Below are positions 8,645-18,333 of a stretch of DNA of 64,000 bases, in pieces (position 1 is the stretch's first letter; every line of letters begins with the position of its first letter). The position numbers and the translations under genes were made by a program. This stretch comes from Candidatus Omnitrophota bacterium (lineage in GTDB: Bacteria > Omnitrophota > Gorgyraeia > 2-01-FULL-45-10). The notes below the pieces were generated by a model, which searched no databases, had not been told where the DNA came from, and saw nothing but the letters and a program-made list of their open reading frames with translations. The stretch covers positions 17,837 to 81,836 of the forward strand of contig JBAZKM010000006.1 in assembly GCA_041650805.1 (NCBI GenBank). Reading direction: 5' to 3'.

Positions 8645-10465
8645 TCAAAACTCGAAACGGGCGCCGGAGCGAAACTCGCGGCCTGGCATGGGGATGTCGG
8701 ACTGCTCGGAGTAAGTGACATCGAAGAGGTTTGCTACGCTCAGGAATGCTTTCAGGGAGAGACCCTTCTTACGGAATATCTCCCTCTCGAACTTGGTATC
8801 GACGACTATATAGCCGGAATCGCCGGTACGCTTCTTGTAATTGAGCGTCCAATAGTTTTTAAAATCCAAGAGTGTATACTCAAGGCCGCAGGTGATATGC
8901 TGTTTCAGGTAATCGAGGGCATATTTTGAAAGATAGTCATGTTTCCTGCAGGAATCGACCGTTGTGTAGTCAAAGTATATCCTGTCGACCGGGATCGATC
9001 TGATGATCGCTTTGGGCATTATCTCGAGAGAGAACTCAACCCCGTTCGTTTCTATAGAACCGATATTGGAGACACGCCACGGCTCTTTCGATGAAGCGCG
9101 GGTCCAATCGATAGTATCTTGTGAGTCACGGTGGAAGAACGTGGCCGAACATTTTATTGCACCGTTTACATAGTCAGCACCGGCTTCGTATGACCATGCG
9201 TGTTCCGGGGTCAGGTCGGCACTGCCGATATTCGCCGCATCGCTGTAATAGAGGTCCGTGAATGTAGGGACCCTGTATGCCTTTCCGACGGAAGACCTCA
9301 CGCTGAGATCTTCGAAAAAACGGTAGATCACGCTCATGTACGGAGAGCACTCCCAGCCAAAATCAGAAAACCGGTCCTCCCTCATCCCTGCGATAAATGA
9401 TAGGTCGTCGGCGAGATGCGGCGAGGCCTCTATGTATATACCGTCTTTGGTCCGCCTGTGCCGCTGGATATTGGTAGAATCTATCGTGTCCCGCGAAAGC
9501 TCGAATCCGTAGGAGACGTCGCAGAAATCGTTTTCAAGGACGAACCCGAGCTCTCCGCCGTAATTATATGTGGTATGGTAATTCGTCTGCCATCCGGGCC
9601 TGTTCCTGTCGAGCGCAAATTTATCCTTGTGCCTTCTTAAGAAGAGTTTAGGCGCTATCTTTAAACTGCCGGTTTCGATAGAATAATCTGCCTTAAAGAA
9701 CCTCGTGTCGGTATCTTCCTCCTCGTTAGGATATAAGTTCGAATAGAAGCTGTCGGCGCCGAAGTCCTTTTTGGTATACCCGAAGAAGAAGCCGGCCGTC
9801 CCCTCGCCTATTTTCATGACGGCGCTGTCCGACAATGACAGTATATTATATTCTGTCTCCGGCATATACCCCGTCGAACGGCTCTCCTCGAACGAAAAAC
9901 GGTTGGCGATGGTCCCGAGATCCTGAGAGACGGAGACCACTCCGGAAAAATAGTCGAAGGACCCGCCTTGTGCCTCAGCCATGATCTTTCTTCCCCGGGG
10001 CTTTTTGGTTATTATATTTATGACGCCGCCGAAGGCGTTCGGGCCGTATAGACCCGACGCAGGGCCTTTCAGTATCTCTATCCTCTCTATATCTGCCCCG
10101 GTCACGGGGAGGTCCATATTGTAGTGGCCGGTCTGCGGGTCGTTAACCTTTATGCCGTCTATCATGACCGTATTCTGCTCAAACGTCGTGCCGCGTATAT
10201 TGACATCTGACTGGACACCGCCGACACCGCGCCTGCGCAGATCGATCCCGCCCAGGTCGCCTAACATATCCGGGATCGAGCTGTAGACGCAGCTGCCCAT
10301 AGCATCTTCATCCAGGATAGTGACGGAGCGGCCTGAACCGGTCGGCGAATATTCGAGACGGGAGGGGGTGACGACGATCTTTTCGAGAGTGCGCGCTTCT
10401 TCGGCACGCGCGGCAACTCCGGAGCATAACGAAACCAGTAATATAAGTGCGCCAATACGCCGCAT
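8645..10465 (-). CDS. TonB-dependent outer-membrane receptor
   Basis: N-terminal signal peptide. Plug domain (TPSRLEY, VDIRG, GTTFEQNTVMIDGIKVNDP). Beta-barrel with C-terminal aromatic residue (…RFEF). Confidence 0.85.
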   Translation of the reverse strand: MRRIGALILLVSLCSGVAARAEEARTLEKIVVTPSRLEYSPTGSGRSVTILDEDAMGSCVYSSIPDMLGDLGGIDLRRRGVGGVQSDVNIRGTTFEQNTVMIDGIKVNDPQTGHYNMDLPVTGADIERIEILKGPASGLYGPNAFGGVINIITKKPRGRKIMAEAQGGSFDYFSGVVSVSQDLGTIANRFSFEESRSTGYMPETEYNILSLSDSAVMKIGEGTAGFFFGYTKKDFGADSFYSNLYPNEEEDTDTRFFKADYSIETGSLKIAPKLFLRRHKDKFALDRNRPGWQTNYHTTYNYGGELGFVLENDFCDVSYGFELSRDTIDSTNIQRHRRTKDGIYIEASPHLADDLSFIAGMREDRFSDFGWECSPYMSVIYRFFEDLSVRSSVGKAYRVPTFTDLYYSDAANIGSADLTPEHAWSYEAGADYVNGAIKCSATFFHRDSQDTIDWTRASSKEPWRVSNIGSIETNGVEFSLEIMPKAIIRSIPVDRIYFDYTTVDSCRKHDYLSKYALDYLKQHITCGLEYTLLDFKNYWTLNYKKRTGDSGYIVVDTKFEREIFRKKGLSLKAFLSVANLFDVTYSEQSDIPMPGREFRSGARFEF

Positions 10466-10585
10466 CTCCGCATTTTAGCTCAAGAGCTGTCAATTGTCAA
10501 CCTATAATATACATATAAGTTTACAATGACAATAAAAGTGGTCAGGCACCTTTTTAGTTAGGGAGGAAAAAGGTAGCCGAGTTTC

Positions 10586-10636
10586 TGTTGACTTAACACC
10601 ATTATATGATATCATAATTGCTACTTTGCTAAAATT
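10586..10636 (+). promoter_or_regulatory. Candidate sigma70 promoter and RBS for the giant gene
   Basis: TTGACT, 17-nt spacer, then TATGATATCATAAT extended -10 in the AT-rich divergent intergenic region. Confidence 0.3.
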
Positions 10637-13600
10637 ATGAACTACATAATGACCAGCAGGATATATTTCCGGGCAATTGCTATCCTTATAGCATCATCGA
10701 TGCTCTTACAGGACGCTGCCTTTGCGCTCTCTCCCGCGTCCAGGTTTAAACCGATAGCGTCTGCCGGAGAAGAGGCGGCCCTTCGAGGATCATTCAGGGA
10801 AGGCGCCTCAACCGCGATAATTTTGACTACGATCGCCCACCACCTAAAACTCGGCGTATCCCAGCACACCCTTATCCCCGAACTGAAGAAGATCATATCC
10901 GCATCGGACCTTGCGGCGATAAAGGCGAAAGACCCTGTCCTTGCAGGCTGCGAGATCGATGAGCTTTCTTACGATGGCCCAAATAAGATCTACTCTCTTC
11001 CGATATACCGTGACGGAATAAAGTCCTTGCAATATAGATTCTACCTTGCCGAGAAGCCGCTGGAGAAGCGCGACAGCCGTATCCTCGCCGCGAGCGGCGA
11101 AGGGGAGCTTAGCGTTTATATGACGATCGAGCCGGCCGGAGCTGCGAGCCCCGGGCCACAAGCTGCTACGGAAGAAGACGACCTGGCAGATCTCAAAACA
11201 TGGCTTAAGGGAAGATCCGGCTTAGAGCTTGCGGTTGGATTATTGAAGATAGAGTCGGGAGGATTTACGGAAGATGAGCGCGTCCGCGCTATAGTGGACG
11301 GTATATACGAAGCCGGCGCGTGGCCGGAAGAGGCATTCCCGGGGCCCGGGAGAGAATTGACGGCGGAATATCTGCCCTTAATGGAAGAGAACGAGTCATT
11401 CGCTTCAAATATCCCGGCGATCCTGAATGGCGAAGAGAATTATTCCGTCCCCCTGCATCATTTTATCCCTGAAGGGAAATTGGGAAAGGTCCTGAAGAGG
11501 ATAACAAATGCCATGCGCATGACACCGCGCCACCTCTTCATCCCGCGCCCTATGCAGTTATTGGCTTATAAAGACAATGCGCAGCCTATAGGATATTCCC
11601 AGACGATCTCACAGCCGTCGCTTGTGGCGATGATCCTGGCGTTCCTCGATATAAAAGAAGACGAAAGGGTCCTTGAGGTAGGCGCCGGGAGCGGTTGGCT
11701 CTCTGCAGTGATGGCCCGCCTTGCCCGCGATGTGAAAGCGGTCGAGATAATACCTCAGCTTACCGCGCGCGCAAGGAGGACGATAAAAGCACTGGGCTTA
11801 AAAAATGTAGAGATCATGCAGGCCGGCGGGACGCTGGGCTATCCTCCCGGGGGCCCGTATGATGTCATAGTCGTTTCGGCCGGCGCGGGAAGCGAAGATG
11901 CGCCCGAGGTCCTGGCGGACCAGCTGGCCGTGAACGGCCGTATGATAATCCCCGTTTACAATAAGGAGATGTCGGCTGAACGCAATGAGACGATCTACGA
12001 CCTGACATTATTCACCAGGAAGAAGGCCCGGCTCTGGGGCGATCCGAGGTTGGTCAAGATCGGAGTTGTGCAGTACAGCTACTTCGTTCCGCTGATAGAG
12101 AAGACGCCCGGCGAGCCGAAGCCCCGCTCCCTCGGCGCGGCCGCGGCGGACGGGCCGGAGTTTGGGGATAAGATACCGGTCGTAGAGTCCCCGGTCGACG
12201 GTCCAAGGTCCACAAAATCGTCAGGTCCCGAGGGTGAGTTGCCCAAGCCCCCGCCCTTTATGGAAGAGACGATCTCCGCGCTGGAGAGGGCAGGCGGTAA
12301 ATGGACGAAGGCGGCCGATGATCTTGGCATAAGCAGACAGGACTTTTCTAAAAGGATAAAGGCGATAGGAAGGGCCGCTTACGAATTGGGCGACGAGGCC
12401 ACATTTGCCCGGCTCGATAGGGCGCACATATCATTGCCGTCCTTTACGGAAGAGACGATCTCCGCGCTGGAGAGGACGGGCGGTAACATGACCAGGGCCG
12501 CCGGGATCCTTAGCGTATCCGAGTCAGACGTCTCATACAGGGTAAAGACGATAAGAAATACCGCTTCCAGATCGGGCGACAAAGCCACGCTTGCCCGCCT
12601 CAATAGGGCGCTCGTATCATTACCGTCCTATACGGAAGATACGATAGCCGCACTGGATAGGGCAGACGGTAACCAGACGAAGGCGGCCGGTTACCTTGGT
12701 ATAAGAAGAGAGGCCTTTTTTAAAAGGATGGTAACGATCAGAAAGGCCGCTTCCAAATTGGGCGACGAGGCCACACTTGCCCGCCTCAATAAGGCGCGCA
12801 TATCATTACCGCCCTTTACGGAAGAGACGATCTCCGCGCTGGAGACGGCAGGCGGTAGTCAGGCAAAGGCCGTCGGCACCCTTGGCGTATCCGATTCAGA
12901 CGTATCCTACAGGACAAAGGTTATAAGAAAGGCCGCTTCCGAGAAAGGCGATGAGGCCACGCTTGCCCGCCTCAATAGGGCGCTCGTATCATTACCGTCC
13001 TATACGGAAGATACGATAGCTGCGCTGGAAAAGACAGACGGTAACATGACCAGGGCCGCCGCCGTTCTCGACATATCCAAGGTGGCCCTCACATACAGGG
13101 TCGGAAAGATAATAAAGGCCGCTTCCGGGAAAGGCGATGAGGCCACGCTTGCGCGGCTTAATGGGGTGCTCAAAAAGCGTAAAGGACCCGGGCGGCGTCC
13201 CCGCTCCCTCGGCGCGGCCGCGGCGGACGGACCGGAGTCCGGAGGCACGGCCATGGGCCGGATGCTTGCGCCGACAACATTCAGCTATCCCGGCGAGGCC
13301 GCCGGAGTTTATATTGTGGTGACAGAGGAAGCCGATAAGGCGGCCAACGAAGGGCTTCACTACATGAAAGTCGAAATTGACTATAACGATTATGCGAGGC
13401 CTGTCATTCTTAAGATGGAAGAACCGGCAGGGGTGAGCGGTAAGAATGTCCGTGATCTGATAGTTCAATTCATCGAACAAAAAGGCACCGAGTTTGAGGA
13501 TGGGCAGTTGAGCCACGATTATTTTAAGTCAGGGCTTCGGGAAGATATCGCGAATATTCTAAAGAGAAATTCCGCCGCAACAGGCATACAACGCATTATC

Positions 13601-16600
13601 GTGAGCGGCAACTACGAGGTGTATGAAGAGATCGTGCTGGAGGATGACCGGTCGAGCGAGGAAGAGAGGAAGGCCATTGCCGGGAGGATGGAGAGAGAGA
13701 TGCTTGGCACCTATTTCCTAATCTTCCACAAACACCTTAAGGATGAGGCGGGGTCGGATATCGTAAAACATGAGGTCTATGAGTTCAGGCATAGGGACCG
13801 CCAGATCGTGGAGAGGGCTATCGTATGGCGGGACAGGTCGGTTCCCGCGGAAGAAGATCTGGCCGCGATGATAAAAGATGACAGGACGAATTTCCTGGAT
13901 AATCTGGCGGCCCTTAAAAATGCTCCCATTACTACGCCGGAGAAGCTGCGCGAGAGGCCAGGCAGGATTCCGCCCGAAGCGTCCGGCCAGATAGGAATAC
14001 CGGGGCTATTGGACAGGATACGGAATTCGGTCTCTGCGGAAGATATCGAGATGCGGATACTGGAGGCAAGGTCGGAGATAGAGCTCGGGAAGATGACCGT
14101 AGAGGAATTTGCGGAAGCGCTCCTGGAGTTTGCAAATAGCGATGGCAGAGTTACGGAAAAGGCATATAGAGTTCTCGGCTCATTGCCATTACCGGATGAA
14201 ATGAAGACAAGATTTTTCTTCGTGAATTCGCTTTTGGAATGGGCGAGACAGACCGAAGAGGGCAAGGAGGCATTCCCGGTCCAACCGGTATGGAATGCGG
14301 ATGACACTATGCTCGGCAAACCCGATGAAAGAGGTGAGGTCGTTTCTCTGACCCCGGAAGTGGCGGTACTGCTTGACAGGGCGATGCATTATCCGGTCGA
14401 CATCTTTATGGAGGCGGTCCGAAGGCGTACAAATATCAGGCGGATGTCATCAGAATGGCAGTTTATCCGGAAGCTGCGGTGCGTAAGCGGATTTATCGTG
14501 TCGGAAGAGGCCGCCCAGGAATTCACTGCGCTGACAGATGACGGCAGGAGAAAGATCATGGGCGTATATGAGGAATATTCGAAAGCGGCGCTGCCGTTAC
14601 AATACGAGGCAGACCTTATCTCATATGATAACCTAACGCCGGCAGGTCATGACAGGTATGGTGATCTATTTGACCAATCTTTCTTCGGAAAGGCATCGGG
14701 TTCTCTGTTCTATTTTGCTGCCCGGGATTGTGCTGCTATGCGGGACGAGATCAAGGCGATCGATATGAGAATAGGCTATGAATCTTTCAATGCATCACGC
14801 ATGGCCGCCGCTATGGCCAATATAAAAAAGGGTCGTGCCGATATCGCGATAGGGCAATACAGGGCGGTTCTTGAGAAAGTGCCGTATTTTGCGGCAAAAG
14901 TGGCCAGGGATCTCGCGGATCTTATCATCGCGGAGGGAGAACGGCAGCTCGGGCCGGATGTGACCGTAGCCGGTGTGGTACGTCTGGTTGCGCTTGCCCT
15001 GCAGAAAGAAGGCGTCACCGATGAGTTCGACAGGTTACGGGCTCAGAGCCCTCAGGAGAAATGGCTCGCCGGCCTCGAAGACGAAGTCAGGAGGACGGGA
15101 GGACGCGTTAAGCTTACGATACCCCTGCGCACGCCAAAAGGGACGATAGATTCGCTGCTGGTGCATGACAGAGTATTCGCCCCGGACCATACGAGCGAAT
15201 ATCTGATAGCTGCTCTCGATGAGAATAACTTTATCAGAGAGGGGATGGAGGTCGGCGTGATCGGCGCCGGTTCCGGATATGATACGATCTTTGCGGCGAA
15301 CGACGTCGGTCCTAACGGGCACGTCGAGGCGACAGACAGAGGTGAGGGTTGGGCGGTCGCAAATGCCAGGGCCAATGTGAAGGATAGCGGTTTAAGTGAA
15401 CGGGCCAATATCTCCGTAAGAGACGGGTTGAATGGCCTGGGCAGATTTGACGTCATCATATCCAATTGTCCCGAAGTGTTGGAAGACGAAGTACCGATAG
15501 ATTCCATTATGAGCGCCGGTTTCATCTACCGCGCCGGTTTTGAAAGGATAATGAGATCTATGCGAGAGCACCTGAAGCCGGGCGGATTCGCCCTGGTCAG
15601 GCTCTTCAAGTCCGGTTATTATGACGAATTCTTTGATGAGGCAGGGTTTGATATAGAAGAGATAACGGTCCCGCGGCTCGATGAAAAGGCGGAAGAGGAG
15701 TATAGAGGGCAGGTCGTCTATAAACTTACGCCGAGGCCCACGGAGAGTGATGCGATAGCCGCATTCAATGCCTTCGATTCAGGCTTGGCGGCCACGGCGG
15801 ACAATTGCGAGATAGAGCGCGACTATACAGGCCATATCAATGTGACGTGGCGCCTCACGGATAAGGCGGCCGGCAGGAGATTCATCGTACAGAAACTGAA
15901 TACCATATTCGATATAGACGCCATAGGCCACAACCTGACGGTCCTGGAAGATACCCAGGCCAGGGCCGGCGAATTCCTGCCGGATCACTGGCAAAAGGTG
16001 AGTTACCTTGACAGAAAAGACGGAGGAGGCAAGATCTATTACGACGGGGCTGGCATGGCATGGCGCGTCATGGACTTCATACCGGGTGATATACTTATAT
16101 ATAGCTCATTCAGCGAGGTGCCCGAAGCAGACAGACAGTACGCAGCCCGTTCCCTGGGCGAGGCGATAGCCATATTCGGCAGGATGGTCGCGGACGTCCC
16201 GCAGGATTCGTGGCGAAACCCGCTTCCCAACTTTCACAATGCCGGATATCACCGCGGTTATCTTGACGCCATTCTGCGGGGAGAGGAGACGGTATTAAGT
16301 TTAAGCCACGATACCTCCAGAAAAGTAAGATTACAGGGCGCCTTCATGGCGAGATATAAAGACCGTGTAGACGCGCTCATGGCCAAGGTGCGGGAGAGAG
16401 ACGGACTTGCGGCATCCCTGAACGACCTCGGTAAGGCGCTGACCCATGGCGACACCAAGATAAATAATGCCGTCTTCGCCCGTGACGCGCAGGGCCGGAT
16501 ACGCTGTATATCACTGATAGACCTCGATACCATACAGGTGGGCGGCCTCCTGGACGATCTCGGTGACGCCTTACGTTCGGCCGGCAACCCGGCCGGCGAA

Positions 16601-17629
16601 GCGCCCGAGGATATAAATAGCGTGACCATAGATATGGAGGTAGTGAATGACATAATAGACGGATATCTGGATAAGACAGGAGAATTTTACGGCGCGGATA
16701 GGGCCGCAGAATTGCGGGGAGAGGCCGTAACGGCGTTCAAACAATTCCTCTATGTCCAATGTATCAGGTTCTTCGCGGATTCTCTCGTTGGTAACAGATA
16801 CTTTAAACCGGGGCCCGGCCAATCGGAAGATATTAACCTCTACAGGGCGGAGGTGCAGATGCGCGCCCTCGAGGAACTCGAGAAGATAGAGGGACGAAGG
16901 ATGAGGGATGAAAAACGACCGGAGGAAGCCCGGGAAGCGACGATGCTGACCGATAGGATACGGCTAATGGCGCATGCGGCGGAGGAGAAGAACGAGACTA
17001 TAGTGATAGGCCTTGAATCGAATGAGTGGATCCCTCCGCTCCAGCGGAAGCAAAACCTCATCCAGCCGCTCGTGAACGAGTTCACCAACCGCCTGGAGGC
17101 GGAATTGAAGAAGGCCGGTCATGATAACGTCAAGATAGTCGGCGGCGCAGGAGATGACCTGGCCCAGAACGTCCTGGCCAAGATCGCAGAATATAATGTG
17201 AAACCGCATAACGCTTTTGTAATAGCAAGCGAGGTGACCGTAAACAATAAAGATCTTGAGAAATTTAAAGAATTGATCGGCAGGGCGTTCATCGCAGGCA
17301 TGGATACTTCAAAACTGCAGGCGGAGTCGGGGGAGGAGCTTAATTACATACGGCTCTGTGAGATGGTCCGCATGGCGATGGAGCTTGCCGAATTCGTATC
17401 TAAGGCAAAAGAGAGAAGAGAGAGAGGTGAGCTGGCCCAGGAAGAGCTTGCCGGGGTAGTCAGCGAAATGCTCCGGGCGTTCAGAAAGAACCATCCCCAT
17501 ATAGGTATCGACGATAAAGAGATGCTCGAAAATGGCATGGTACTCTTCATGCCGGATATAGAGCCCAAAGATCCCGGTGAACTGAAAATTATCTACGACT
17601 CGCAGCAGACGGCGCTCATCGCCGCGTAA
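10637..17629 (+). CDS. Giant (2,330 aa) multidomain protein. Domain order: signal peptide; PCMT-like methyltransferase; 5 tandem Fis-type HTH-like repeats; class I SAM methyltransferase (HemK-like); APH/protein-kinase-like phosphotransferase domain; unassigned C-terminal region.
   Basis: Hydrophobic N-terminus. PCMT motifs (ISQPSLVA, LEVGAGSGWLSAVMA, DVIVVSAG) at about nt 11505-11960. Five 60-aa repeats (TEETISALERxGGNxTxAAxxLGxSxxDxSYRxKxIRKAAS) at about 12244-13150. MTase motif I/IV (VIGAGSGYD; ISNCP) at about 15180-15620. Kinase-like HGDTKINNAVF ... LIDLD at about 16440-16530. Confidence 0.75.
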   Translation: MNYIMTSRIYFRAIAILIASSMLLQDAAFALSPASRFKPIASAGEEAALRGSFREGASTAIILTTIAHHLKLGVSQHTLIPELKKIISASDLAAIKAKDPVLAGCEIDELSYDGPNKIYSLPIYRDGIKSLQYRFYLAEKPLEKRDSRILAASGEGELSVYMTIEPAGAASPGPQAATEEDDLADLKTWLKGRSGLELAVGLLKIESGGFTEDERVRAIVDGIYEAGAWPEEAFPGPGRELTAEYLPLMEENESFASNIPAILNGEENYSVPLHHFIPEGKLGKVLKRITNAMRMTPRHLFIPRPMQLLAYKDNAQPIGYSQTISQPSLVAMILAFLDIKEDERVLEVGAGSGWLSAVMARLARDVKAVEIIPQLTARARRTIKALGLKNVEIMQAGGTLGYPPGGPYDVIVVSAGAGSEDAPEVLADQLAVNGRMIIPVYNKEMSAERNETIYDLTLFTRKKARLWGDPRLVKIGVVQYSYFVPLIEKTPGEPKPRSLGAAAADGPEFGDKIPVVESPVDGPRSTKSSGPEGELPKPPPFMEETISALERAGGKWTKAADDLGISRQDFSKRIKAIGRAAYELGDEATFARLDRAHISLPSFTEETISALERTGGNMTRAAGILSVSESDVSYRVKTIRNTASRSGDKATLARLNRALVSLPSYTEDTIAALDRADGNQTKAAGYLGIRREAFFKRMVTIRKAASKLGDEATLARLNKARISLPPFTEETISALETAGGSQAKAVGTLGVSDSDVSYRTKVIRKAASEKGDEATLARLNRALVSLPSYTEDTIAALEKTDGNMTRAAAVLDISKVALTYRVGKIIKAASGKGDEATLARLNGVLKKRKGPGRRPRSLGAAAADGPESGGTAMGRMLAPTTFSYPGEAAGVYIVVTEEADKAANEGLHYMKVEIDYNDYARPVILKMEEPAGVSGKNVRDLIVQFIEQKGTEFEDGQLSHDYFKSGLREDIANILKRNSAATGIQRIIVSGNYEVYEEIVLEDDRSSEEERKAIAGRMEREMLGTYFLIFHKHLKDEAGSDIVKHEVYEFRHRDRQIVERAIVWRDRSVPAEEDLAAMIKDDRTNFLDNLAALKNAPITTPEKLRERPGRIPPEASGQIGIPGLLDRIRNSVSAEDIEMRILEARSEIELGKMTVEEFAEALLEFANSDGRVTEKAYRVLGSLPLPDEMKTRFFFVNSLLEWARQTEEGKEAFPVQPVWNADDTMLGKPDERGEVVSLTPEVAVLLDRAMHYPVDIFMEAVRRRTNIRRMSSEWQFIRKLRCVSGFIVSEEAAQEFTALTDDGRRKIMGVYEEYSKAALPLQYEADLISYDNLTPAGHDRYGDLFDQSFFGKASGSLFYFAARDCAAMRDEIKAIDMRIGYESFNASRMAAAMANIKKGRADIAIGQYRAVLEKVPYFAAKVARDLADLIIAEGERQLGPDVTVAGVVRLVALALQKEGVTDEFDRLRAQSPQEKWLAGLEDEVRRTGGRVKLTIPLRTPKGTIDSLLVHDRVFAPDHTSEYLIAALDENNFIREGMEVGVIGAGSGYDTIFAANDVGPNGHVEATDRGEGWAVANARANVKDSGLSERANISVRDGLNGLGRFDVIISNCPEVLEDEVPIDSIMSAGFIYRAGFERIMRSMREHLKPGGFALVRLFKSGYYDEFFDEAGFDIEEITVPRLDEKAEEEYRGQVVYKLTPRPTESDAIAAFNAFDSGLAATADNCEIERDYTGHINVTWRLTDKAAGRRFIVQKLNTIFDIDAIGHNLTVLEDTQARAGEFLPDHWQKVSYLDRKDGGGKIYYDGAGMAWRVMDFIPGDILIYSSFSEVPEADRQYAARSLGEAIAIFGRMVADVPQDSWRNPLPNFHNAGYHRGYLDAILRGEETVLSLSHDTSRKVRLQGAFMARYKDRVDALMAKVRERDGLAASLNDLGKALTHGDTKINNAVFARDAQGRIRCISLIDLDTIQVGGLLDDLGDALRSAGNPAGEAPEDINSVTIDMEVVNDIIDGYLDKTGEFYGADRAAELRGEAVTAFKQFLYVQCIRFFADSLVGNRYFKPGPGQSEDINLYRAEVQMRALEELEKIEGRRMRDEKRPEEAREATMLTDRIRLMAHAAEEKNETIVIGLESNEWIPPLQRKQNLIQPLVNEFTNRLEAELKKAGHDNVKIVGGAGDDLAQNVLAKIAEYNVKPHNAFVIASEVTVNNKDLEKFKELIGRAFIAGMDTSKLQAESGEELNYIRLCEMVRMAMELAEFVSKAKERRERGELAQEELAGVVSEMLRAFRKNHPHIGIDDKEMLENGMVLFMPDIEPKDPGELKIIYDSQQTALIAA
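12244..13150 (+). repeat. Five in-frame tandem 180-bp repeats inside the giant gene. They are bracketed by 40-nt near-identical direct repeats at 12121-12161 and 13199-13239.
   Basis: Stretches of about 65 nt are identical between repeat units (e.g. 12583-12650 vs 12958-13023). The flanking sequence ccccgctccctcggcgcggccgcggcggacgg(g/a)ccggagt occurs on both sides. Confidence 0.85.
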
Positions 17630-17648
17630 GATCTCAAACCAGAAATGG

Positions 17649-17677
17649 TTGACACTGCCCGCCATTTATAGTAATCT
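17649..17677 (+). promoter_or_regulatory. Candidate sigma70 promoter upstream of bioY
   Basis: TTGACA (17649-17654), 17-nt spacer, TAATCT (17672-17677). Confidence 0.35.
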
Positions 17678-17731
17678 TATAACAATATCAGGGTATATAA
17701 ACATATATAGTATATATAGGAGGCATTACAG

Positions 17732-18322
17732 ATGGGACATTCGCACACATTGGCTCTGGGCAGGGAAGTGATCTATAGTCGTCCAGCGAGCGCAGCGTTG
17801 GGGGTCGCATTCTTCATACTTGCCATGGTGCTTGGGGCTTATGTTCGGATACCGTTACCCGGGACGCCTGTCCCGATAACCCTGCAGACATTCTTTGTCG
17901 TCCTTTCAGGCGCCGTGCTCGGAAAGCGGCTGGGCCTCTACAGTCAGGCCGGATACCTCTTGCTCGGGGTTGTCGGCCTCCCGGTCTTCCAGGGGTACTC
18001 TTCCGGCATAAGCCATTTTATGGGTTCCACTGGCGGATATCTCATAGGGTTCGTCTTCGCGTCGTATATCGCCGGCCGTCTGACAGAGACAGCAGGACGA
18101 CCCGCGATATGGCGGATCATACTCGGATTCATTCTGGGAAATGCGGTTATCTATACATGCGGCATCGCATGGCTCATCTATCTATATCGCATACCATTAG
18201 AAAGCGCTTTCCTTATCGGTCTCCTGCCTTTCATCCCGGGCGAAGCGTTGAAGATATTGTGCGCGGCTTCCGTGTTTTCCGGGATATCATCCCGCACAAG
18301 CCGCATCTTCTCTGTAAAATAA
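17732..18322 (+). CDS. bioY: Biotin transporter BioY (ECF-type S component)
   Basis: Motif YVRIPLPGTPVPITLQTFFVVLSGAVLG, characteristic of BioY. Six TM helices. Confidence 0.8.
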   Translation: MGHSHTLALGREVIYSRPASAALGVAFFILAMVLGAYVRIPLPGTPVPITLQTFFVVLSGAVLGKRLGLYSQAGYLLLGVVGLPVFQGYSSGISHFMGSTGGYLIGFVFASYIAGRLTETAGRPAIWRIILGFILGNAVIYTCGIAWLIYLYRIPLESAFLIGLLPFIPGEALKILCAASVFSGISSRTSRIFSVK

Positions 18323-18333
18323 AAGTCACTGTT

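Noticed and set aside
12079-13254. Minus-strand ORFs (12079-12330, 12379-12603, 13000-13254) with recurring LSSAEIVSS peptides
   Set aside because: They are the antisense reading of the five tandem repeats in the giant gene. Their similarity to each other comes from the repeats, and they lie entirely within a much better-supported sense CDS.
18109-18333. Long N-terminal extension of the ArnT-like ORF (start 18109) overlapping bioY
   Set aside because: In-frame ATG at 18334 gives a typical GT-C N-terminus (MKRLLEHPATS...). The extension overlaps bioY by >200 nt in another frame.
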